Assembly: GCA_037441385.1 (NCBI GenBank)
Contig: JBBISH010000009.1
Coordinates: forward strand, 1 to 64,000
Length of the DNA: 64,000 nucleotides
Source of the DNA: Myxococcales bacterium
GTDB lineage: Bacteria > Myxococcota_A > UBA9042
Direction: 5' to 3'
Shown: one piece after another, positions 56,870-64,000 of the stretch
Position numbering within the stretch: the first letter of the stretch is position 1
Layout of the letters: each line of letters begins with the position of its first letter
Notes under the pieces: generated by a model
What the model saw: the letters and a program-made list of their open reading frames with translations, nothing else
The model's database searches: none
Told to the model about the DNA's origin: nothing
Program-made: the position numbers and the translations under genes

Positions 56870-58168
56870 CTAGCTCGCGTGCATCGCCGTCACCGGCTGC
56901 AGCTTGGTGGCCCGCCAAGCCGGGAACAACGCACCCAGCGTCGTGACCACGGCAATCGCCAGCAGCGACAGGAACGCCATCTTGAAATCCGGCGCCAACA
57001 CGAGCGTCGGCGACATCAAGAACACCGCGAACGACTCGGACACTCCCACGTGCGCGGCGTTGACCGCCGTCGCCAGCGCCACCGCCACCAACGCGCCCAG
57101 CGCCGTGGCCGAGAACGCCAGCACCGCCATCTCGGTCACGAACATCGCCAGCACATAGCCCTTGCCCATGCCGATGGCCCGCAACGTGCCGATCTCTTTG
57201 GTGCGTTCGCGAATCGCCATCCACAGCGTGTTCATCACGCCCACGATGATGATGATCACCAGCACCGTCACCACCACCAGAGTCAAAACCTGAACAGTGT
57301 CCAGTGTATAGCGCATGAAGGCCGCCTCGTCGGACCAAGTGGTCACGTCGATCTTCTGACCCGTCCAGTCCTCGCGCTTGACCGGCTCGAATTTGCGAAA
57401 GAACGGCTGCGCTAGCGGATCCATCATCCGGTAGCCCGCGTCGCCGATGGCTTTGCGCAGGTCGGCGGCGACTTTCTCGGCCTCGTCGGGGTTCTTGACC
57501 ATCACTTGGATGACGCCCGTAGCGTTCTTGTCTAGCTCGTACAGTTCACGGATCGAGTCAGCGTGCACGAATACGTTGAAACTAGACAGGAAACCAAGAT
57601 CCTTGGCGATCGCCACCACGTGCAGATCCACCGTATTGTTCACGCCGCGGAACGTGCTGGCCGACAGCGTGACACCGTCGCCCACCTTGACGCCCAAGCG
57701 CTTGGCCTGCTGCTCGAACAGCATCAGCGCATGGGGCTCGGCCATCTGCTCGATCTTGCCCTGGGTCAGTTCGACCACCTCGCGGAACGCGGGCTCTTCG
57801 CTGATCAAAATGCCGGACAGCACTCCCTGGATCGAGGCTTCGTCGGCGATGATCTTGCCAAAGCCGCGCACCCGCGTCGTCACTTGCTTCAGGCCGGGCG
57901 TGTTCTTCTTGACCACCTCGAGCAGCGCCGGGTACTTGGTCACCAGCGGCGCCGCCGAACCCGAGGTAATCTTGTAGAAACCCGCGACGTTGACATGGCC
58001 CGTCATCAGCGTCGTCGCCGTCCGCAGCATCGTGGCGCGCATGCCTGTCAGCAGCGACAGCAGCATGATGAGCAGCACCGTCACCGTGGCGACGGCAGCG
58101 CCCAGCAAAAAGGTGCGGCGTTTGTGTTGCAGCAGGTTGCGCACGGCCAGGCGCAGCAGGGTCGGCAT
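56870..58168 (-). CDS. ABC transporter permease, FtsX/LolE-like
   Basis: LAVRNL..HKRRT, ERTKEIGTLRAIG and PAWRATKLQPVTAM. Confidence 0.92.
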   Translation of the reverse strand: MPTLLRLAVRNLLQHKRRTFLLGAAVATVTVLLIMLLSLLTGMRATMLRTATTLMTGHVNVAGFYKITSGSAAPLVTKYPALLEVVKKNTPGLKQVTTRVRGFGKIIADEASIQGVLSGILISEEPAFREVVELTQGKIEQMAEPHALMLFEQQAKRLGVKVGDGVTLSASTFRGVNNTVDLHVVAIAKDLGFLSSFNVFVHADSIRELYELDKNATGVIQVMVKNPDEAEKVAADLRKAIGDAGYRMMDPLAQPFFRKFEPVKREDWTGQKIDVTTWSDEAAFMRYTLDTVQVLTLVVVTVLVIIIIVGVMNTLWMAIRERTKEIGTLRAIGMGKGYVLAMFVTEMAVLAFSATALGALVAVALATAVNAAHVGVSESFAVFLMSPTLVLAPDFKMAFLSLLAIAVVTTLGALFPAWRATKLQPVTAMHAS

Positions 58169-58171
58169 GGC

Positions 58172-60301
58172 TTACTCCGCATCCTGCATGGCTTGCAGCG
58201 GGGTCACCCGCATCGCCAGCCAGGCCGGGTAAAGGGTCGAGATCAAAGTAACAAGGCTGACCAACAGGCCCGAAATCAGCAGGTGATGCCAGCTGATGAA
58301 CGGGTACAAGCGCGGGCCAGCAAACAGGAACACAAACACGTCGTTGATGGCTGGCAGGCCCTTGACGTGCAAGTAGCCAATCAGCGCCCCGGCGCCGGCC
58401 GCCCCCACTGCGCCAAACACCAGCGCCATGGTCACGGCCTCGGCGATGAACATCTGCAGAATCAACGTCTTTTGCGCACCGATCGCCCGCATGGTGCCGA
58501 TCTCCTTGGTGCGCTCCAAGGTGGCCATGACCATCGAGTTGTTCATGACGATGATCGCAACGATAAAGATGATGCCCAGCGCCGTCGCCAACACCGAGTA
58601 GATGACCCACAAGAAATTCCCAATGAATCCGCTGGCCGTGCGCCAGTCCACCACCTTCAGCCCCAGCTTCTCGCGGTCAATCAGCTCTTGGATGGACGTG
58701 GCCGCCTTGCGCTGATCCACGCCTTTCTTCAGCACGATGGCGATGTTGCGCACCACACCGGCGTCGATCTCGGCCTGGGTGTAGACGCGCTTGGCCAGCT
58801 CGTCGCGGTACATGCGGGTGGCCGTGACGGCGCGCTCGCCCATACTGCCCTTGGGAGCAGCCGGCGCAGCCAGGTTCGGCGTCGCCTCGGCCGGCGCGTC
58901 CGTAGGCGTCGGACTCGTGGCGTCCACGACCTCTTCGCCCCCGCCGCCAAACAGCTCGGCCTCGGCGTCTTCGCGCTTGATCTCCTTGACACCGCTGGCT
59001 TTTTGCAGCGTCTCGATCTCGGCCTTCTTGTCGGCCGACAGGTAGCCATACAGGTCGCGGTAGGTCATCAGGTCCATCAAGTTGACCGAACCCGCCAGCG
59101 CCGACTTGTCCAAGCTCTTGAAGCGGAACGTGCCGTACACCTTGACGTTGACGCTGGTCGGATAGCCCGCCGCCGTGAAGCCCTTGATGGTCATGTTGTC
59201 GCCGACTTTGACGGCATACAGCATCAAGTGCGGCACAATGACGTCGTAGAACAGCTTGTAACGCGTGGCGAAATTGGTGTCGTTGGTGTCCAGGAACAGC
59301 GGCAGCAGCTTCTCGAGTGCCACCTCGGTCGAGCCCAGGTGCTGCTGCAAGGCCTCGCGCACCAGCTTGGCGGCTCGGTCATCCAGCTGGTAGGTGACCT
59401 CTTTGTACTGATTCTTGTTCAGCTTGACCCACTGTTGCAGGTCGTCGTCTTTGGCAAAGGTATAGCCGTCGGCCAGGCGGTCCTTCATCTTGTCCAAGCG
59501 CCGGGCAATCTTGTGCTTCACCATGTCTTCGTAGTTCAGCTTGTTGAACAAGAAGCCGCGTTGGCCGGGCGGGATCGCCTGGCCGTCCACGATCTCGAAC
59601 AGGCTGAAATTCTGGGCAAACCGCGCCGGGTCGGTGCCCAGGTAGCGGAAGAACAGCATCTCGGCGTTCAGGGCCAGCGGCGCCACCTTGTTCTCTAGGA
59701 ACTCCATGGCGGCCAGGGGATCCTTGTCGAAGTCCTGCCAGAACGCATCGCTGCCAGCCACCGCCAAGTCGGCGATCGACTGCCGCGTCTCGGTCGAAGC
59801 GGTGGCCAGGTCGGTGACTTCGCCGATCTTGGCCATGTCCTGCGCCAGCAAGCCAACGATGCGCCGCACATGGGCCCGCACCACCGCCGAAGTGTCCTTG
59901 TCTCCAGCCTTTTCCGCCTGCCTCAGCGCCTCCAGCTTGGTGTCGATGATGTTGCCGCCATAGACCATCGCGACCTCGATGCCTTGCGGAATCGCGGCTT
60001 GCACGTCGGGATGGCCCTCAAGCACTTGCCGCACCCGGGCAAAGTCCTGGATGGTGCCGATGTCGGTGCCGCCGCTCATGTCGCCGAAGATCGCCAATTT
60101 GTCTTTAGCATCAGCACGATAGGCCTGCAGTTGACCGGTAATCGAATTCGAGACGCTTTTTTCCATCGACACGTCGAGCGTGCCGAGCAGCGCCAAGCCA
60201 ATCACCAACAGAAAGGTGCCGAACGCCAGCAAACTGCCTACCATCAAGCTTTTCAGCTTGTGGCTGGTCAGGTTGCGCAGCGCGATGCGGAACAGGATCA
60301 C
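58172..60301 (-). CDS. ABC transporter permease, FtsX/LolC-like, with a large periplasmic domain
   Basis: IALRNL, ERTKEIGTMRAIG and YPAWLAMRVTPLQAM; 709 aa. Confidence 0.92.
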   Translation of the reverse strand: MILFRIALRNLTSHKLKSLMVGSLLAFGTFLLVIGLALLGTLDVSMEKSVSNSITGQLQAYRADAKDKLAIFGDMSGGTDIGTIQDFARVRQVLEGHPDVQAAIPQGIEVAMVYGGNIIDTKLEALRQAEKAGDKDTSAVVRAHVRRIVGLLAQDMAKIGEVTDLATASTETRQSIADLAVAGSDAFWQDFDKDPLAAMEFLENKVAPLALNAEMLFFRYLGTDPARFAQNFSLFEIVDGQAIPPGQRGFLFNKLNYEDMVKHKIARRLDKMKDRLADGYTFAKDDDLQQWVKLNKNQYKEVTYQLDDRAAKLVREALQQHLGSTEVALEKLLPLFLDTNDTNFATRYKLFYDVIVPHLMLYAVKVGDNMTIKGFTAAGYPTSVNVKVYGTFRFKSLDKSALAGSVNLMDLMTYRDLYGYLSADKKAEIETLQKASGVKEIKREDAEAELFGGGGEEVVDATSPTPTDAPAEATPNLAAPAAPKGSMGERAVTATRMYRDELAKRVYTQAEIDAGVVRNIAIVLKKGVDQRKAATSIQELIDREKLGLKVVDWRTASGFIGNFLWVIYSVLATALGIIFIVAIIVMNNSMVMATLERTKEIGTMRAIGAQKTLILQMFIAEAVTMALVFGAVGAAGAGALIGYLHVKGLPAINDVFVFLFAGPRLYPFISWHHLLISGLLVSLVTLISTLYPAWLAMRVTPLQAMQDAE

Positions 60302-60322
60302 GGCGGGCCTCCGATGCAGCGG

Positions 60323-61042
60323 CTAGGAAATATCCGAGCGTTCGCCAACGGTTGCGTCGTGATCGGCGATCTCGCCGTCGATCAAACGAACCACCCGACC
60401 TGCGCGCGAGACGACGCGCGGATCGTGGGTCGAGAACAGGAAGGTGGTCCCGGCGCGGTTGAGTTCCTGCATCAGGTCCAAGATGGCCGTGCCCGTGTGC
60501 GAGTCCAGGTTCGCGGTCGGTTCGTCGGCCAGCACGATGCGCGGCTGCGTAACGAGCGCCCGGGCAATCGCCACCCGCTGCCGCTGACCGCCGGACAATT
60601 CGCCGGGCCGATGGTGGGCGTACTGCGCGATTCCCACGCGGTCCAGCAGGTCGCGCACGCGCTTGTCGCGCTCGGCCTTGCCCAGCGACTTCTGCAGCAG
60701 CAGCGGAAACTCGATGTTCTGATAGGCATCCAGCACGCCCACCAGATTGAACGACTGAAAAATGAAGCCCAGCTTGTCCAGGCGCAGTCGCGTGAGCTGC
60801 TTTTCGGACAGCTTGCCGGTGTCGTGGCTGTCGACCAGGACCGTGCCGCGCGAGGCGACGTCGACGCAGCCGATCAGGTTGAGCAGGGTGGTCTTGCCCG
60901 AGCCCGACGGGCCAGCGATCACCGTAAATTCACCTGGTTCGATGGAGAGCGACACATTGCGCAGCGCCGGCACCACCACTTTGCCCAAGTGATAGTCCTT
61001 CGACACGCCGGTGAGCGCCACGATGGGCTTGCCCGATGCCAT
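60323..61042 (-). CDS. ABC transporter ATP-binding protein, LolD-like
   Basis: GPSGSGKT, LSGGQRQRVAIARAL and LADEPTANLD. Confidence 0.95.
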   Translation of the reverse strand: MASGKPIVALTGVSKDYHLGKVVVPALRNVSLSIEPGEFTVIAGPSGSGKTTLLNLIGCVDVASRGTVLVDSHDTGKLSEKQLTRLRLDKLGFIFQSFNLVGVLDAYQNIEFPLLLQKSLGKAERDKRVRDLLDRVGIAQYAHHRPGELSGGQRQRVAIARALVTQPRIVLADEPTANLDSHTGTAILDLMQELNRAGTTFLFSTHDPRVVSRAGRVVRLIDGEIADHDATVGERSDIS

Positions 61043-61193
61043 ACTTTGACCCTGCCGCGCGCCAGGCGCGTCGCGACAGTCAAGGACGCGCCGCGCTCCA
61101 GGTCAACGTCTGTTGCGCGAAGTCTTGCGATTTTGCCGGCGCAATGGTGCACTAATGGCCCCGCGGCCCTGCAACCGGCCGCCACGGCAGAGC

Positions 61194-62036
61194 ATGAGCC
61201 CTTCGCCCGAACATCCCGATCATCCTCGCGGTTTTGTCATCCCCATCGGCGGCGCCGAAGACAAGATCAGCGATCGGGTGATCCTGCGCAAATTCGTCGA
61301 CCTGTGCGGGGGCAAGAAGGCCGACATCGCCATCATTCCCACAGCTTCTGAGCTGCCGACCACGGGCGCCAAGTACGAAGAAGTGTTTCGCTCGCTGGGG
61401 GTCCACTCGGCCATCGAGCTGCCGTACAAGACGCGCGTCGACGCCGAGCGCGCCGATTGGATGAAGGTGCTGATGCACGCCAGCGGGGTTTTCCTGACTG
61501 GTGGCAATCAGTTGCGTCTCTCGACCATTCTGGGCGGCACCGAGGTGTCGCAGACCCTGCGCCGCCGCAACGCCCGCGGGGTGCACATCGCCGGCACGTC
61601 GGCGGGCGCGGCGTTTGTCAGCGAACACATGATCGCAGGCGGCAAGGGCGGATCGACACCGCGCGCCGGTCAGGTCGTGTTGGCGCCGGGCCTGGGCCTG
61701 ACCAACCGCATCATCGTCGACCAGCACTTTCGCCAGCGCGATCGCCTGGGTCGGCTGCTGGCGGCGATCGCCTACAACCCGTTCGCCATCGGCATCGGCC
61801 TGGACGAGAACACGGCTGGCTTCATCGGGCCGGACGCGGTGATGGAGATCGTCGGCGAAGGTGGCATGACCATCATCGACGTCAGCGCGCTGCAACACTC
61901 GGGCATGGCCACGGCAGAGCACAATCAACCGGTGAACCTGATTGGGGTTCGCCTGCACGTGCTCACGGCCGGATCGCGCTTCGACCTGGACAAGCGCGTC
62001 GCGTATCCGCCCGAGGTGCCGGCGGCGGTTGGCTAG
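61194..62036 (+). CDS. cphB: Cyanophycinase (peptidase S51)
   Basis: IPIGGAEDK, TGGNQLRL, GTSAGA, DQHFRQRDRLGRL and GLDENT. Confidence 0.92.
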   Translation: MSPSPEHPDHPRGFVIPIGGAEDKISDRVILRKFVDLCGGKKADIAIIPTASELPTTGAKYEEVFRSLGVHSAIELPYKTRVDAERADWMKVLMHASGVFLTGGNQLRLSTILGGTEVSQTLRRRNARGVHIAGTSAGAAFVSEHMIAGGKGGSTPRAGQVVLAPGLGLTNRIIVDQHFRQRDRLGRLLAAIAYNPFAIGIGLDENTAGFIGPDAVMEIVGEGGMTIIDVSALQHSGMATAEHNQPVNLIGVRLHVLTAGSRFDLDKRVAYPPEVPAAVG

Positions 62037-62039
62037 TTT

Positions 62040-63857
62040 CTATTGCTCTTTCCAAGCCTTCCAAGCCGCAGCCTTGGCATCCAGCTCTTGCCAGCGGGCG
62101 TACAACCGGTCGCGCTCGCTGCAGGCTTGCCCGTGCCTGGCCGTCACCTCTTGCAGCTTGCTGAAAATCTTGACGACTTCTGCGCTGGACAGCTCGGCCT
62201 CCAGGTCCATGACGGCTGTTTCGGCGCGCTCGATGGCCGCCTCGATCCCGCCAAGCTCTTTTTCTTCCGAAAACGTCAGCTTGGGCGGTGCATCGCCGCG
62301 CGGCTTGGGGCGATCGACGCGCTGCGCCAGCTCGACCGCCCGCTCCTGCTTCTTCTGCTGGGCCGAACGCTGTAGGAATTCTGTATAGTTGCCCGCGTGC
62401 AGCTCGACGTTGCCGCGCCCAGTCACGTTCAAGATGCCTGTGCACACCCGGTCCAAGAAGGCCCGGTCGTGGCTGACGACCAGCAGGCAACCTGGGTACT
62501 GCAGCAGCGCCTCTTCCAAGACCTCCAAGGTCTCGAAGTCCAGGTCATTGCTGGGCTCGTCCAACACCAGCACGTTCGACGGCTCTTGCAGGCGCCGCGC
62601 CAACAGCAGGCGGAACTTCTCGCCGCCCGACAGCGTCGACACCTGCTGCGTCAGGTCGCCGCCCTTGAACAAGAACATGCCCAAGTACGTGGCCACGTGC
62701 AGCTTTTCGGTCCCGATGGTCACGTAGTCGCCGGACGCCACGTGCACCGCTTCGCGCACGGTCTCGCCAGGGTCCAGGCCGGTGCGCTGCTGGTCGATCC
62801 CCACGATGCGGGTGTTCTGGCCCACGTTAAGTTCACCGGCGAGCAACGGCAATTGGCCAAGCAACGTCCGGAGTAAGGTGGTCTTGCCGGCGCCGTTGGG
62901 CCCCACGATGCCCAGACGGTCGCCGCGCTGCAGGATCAGGTCCAGCTTGTCGATGAGCACTTTGTCGGGGTAGCCGACCCGGAGACCGTGCGCTTCCAGA
63001 ATGGTCTTGCCCAGGCGCTCGGCCTTCAAGAACGGCAGCTGCACCGACTGCTCGACGTGGCGCGGCGCCTCGGCCACCTGCGCTTGCGCCCGCTGCAGGC
63101 GCGCCTTGGGCTTGCACGACCGCGCCGCCGGGCTGCGCGACAGCCAATCCAGCTCGACCCGGAGCAGGTTCTTGCGGTTCTGCTCGATGCGGTCGGCCAA
63201 TTCCTCTTCGTGGACCCGCGCTTCCAGCCAGTCTTGCAGCGTGCCCGGGTAGCTGTGCAGGTGGCCGCGCCGCAGCTCGACGATGCGATCCACCACTTGG
63301 TTCAAGAAGTAGCGGTCGTGGGTGACCATGATGAGCGCCGAGGGCAGCTGCCGCAGCTGGCCCTCCAGCCACGCCGCGGTGTCGGCATCCAGGTGGTTGG
63401 TCGGCTCATCCAGCAGCAGCAGGTCGGGTTTTTGCAGCAGGGCCGCCGCCAGCGCGGCGCGCCGCAAGGTGCCGCCCGAAGCCACCGCCACCTTCATGTC
63501 GGGCTGCGTGATGCCCAGGCCTTTGAGCGCTTGCTCGGCCGCGAGCTGCGCCTCGTGCGGCTCCAGCGGTTCGCGGTTGCGTTGCGCGCCCTGCATTGCC
63601 ACGTCCAACAGAGTGTCGGCGTTGCCCAGCTCGGGATTTTGCGCCAGGTAGGCGACATGCGTGTCGTTGCGCCACGCCAACTCGCCCGCATCGGCTGGCT
63701 CCACACCCGCCAGGATGCGCAGCAGCGTCGACTTGCCGGCGCCGTTGCGACCGACCAGCCCCACTTTTTCGCCGCGGGCCAGGTGCAGCTCGGTCCCGCC
63801 CAAAATCGTAGAGGCGCCATAGGCTTTGGCGATGTCATGTGCGGTCAGCAGGGGCAT
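62040..63857 (-). CDS. uup: ABC-F family ATPase, Uup-like
   Basis: Two ABC cassettes (GRNGAGKS and GPNGAGKT), no TM segments, ELDWLSRSPAAR linker and a C-terminal coiled coil. Confidence 0.85.
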   Translation of the reverse strand: MPLLTAHDIAKAYGASTILGGTELHLARGEKVGLVGRNGAGKSTLLRILAGVEPADAGELAWRNDTHVAYLAQNPELGNADTLLDVAMQGAQRNREPLEPHEAQLAAEQALKGLGITQPDMKVAVASGGTLRRAALAAALLQKPDLLLLDEPTNHLDADTAAWLEGQLRQLPSALIMVTHDRYFLNQVVDRIVELRRGHLHSYPGTLQDWLEARVHEEELADRIEQNRKNLLRVELDWLSRSPAARSCKPKARLQRAQAQVAEAPRHVEQSVQLPFLKAERLGKTILEAHGLRVGYPDKVLIDKLDLILQRGDRLGIVGPNGAGKTTLLRTLLGQLPLLAGELNVGQNTRIVGIDQQRTGLDPGETVREAVHVASGDYVTIGTEKLHVATYLGMFLFKGGDLTQQVSTLSGGEKFRLLLARRLQEPSNVLVLDEPSNDLDFETLEVLEEALLQYPGCLLVVSHDRAFLDRVCTGILNVTGRGNVELHAGNYTEFLQRSAQQKKQERAVELAQRVDRPKPRGDAPPKLTFSEEKELGGIEAAIERAETAVMDLEAELSSAEVVKIFSKLQEVTARHGQACSERDRLYARWQELDAKAAAWKAWKEQ

Positions 63858-64000
63858 GGTCGGGGCTTCTTCGCTGCCACGGCAGCCGGGCCGCGCACTG
63901 CTGCAACCGCAGGCGCCGGCAATAGAACTCAGCGGGCTACCAAGTAATTTTGCGGAACGTGCCGTCCCAAGCGCCGGCTACCACCAGGTTGCCCTCGTCG

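Noticed and set aside
1..64000. Global CTAG over-representation
   Set aside because: Many stops fall in CTAG, but C before TAG is expected at high GC, and I cannot show enrichment without counting against a background model.

Overview
A GC-rich (about 70% in sampled coding lines) chromosomal segment. It most likely comes from a Myxococcota-type deltaproteobacterium; this is inferred from the many Cys-rich lipoproteins, a MYXO-CTERM-like tail and a Hanks-type Ser/Thr kinase. About 40 CDS are supported. I found no rRNA, tRNA, CRISPR array, integrase or transposase. Recognisable loci: a bacillithiol operon (bshC-bshB1-bshA) head-to-head with an exported PIG-L/LmbE deacetylase, a 37-aa membrane peptide and a sodium:solute symporter; ybaK; cstA-maeB; a diguanylate cyclase; a K+ locus (small peptide-porin-truncated kdpD-kdpE, divergent from a KimA-like transporter, with no kdpABC); an SF2 helicase; a MshEN-like AAA ATPase; an FNT channel; a Lol-like ABC system; an orphan cyanophycinase; and a Uup-like ABC-F. 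Best leads: (1) the KdpABC-less KdpDE/KimA module, with an unannotated KdpF-like peptide and three visible 11-bp-periodic boxes; (2) the exported deacetylase/symporter unit tied to the bacillithiol genes; (3) a lipoprotein carrying a complete dikinase-type phosphotransfer core; (4) a lower-GC three-gene island at about 46.7-53.4 kb with homopolymer tracts, frameshifts and a possibly virus-like domain; (5) non-coding structure, namely a recurrent GTAGAAAWTGCCCCC intergenic motif and CTAG-bounded inverted-repeat mini-elements at stop codons. Family names come from motif recognition by eye; no database search was run.
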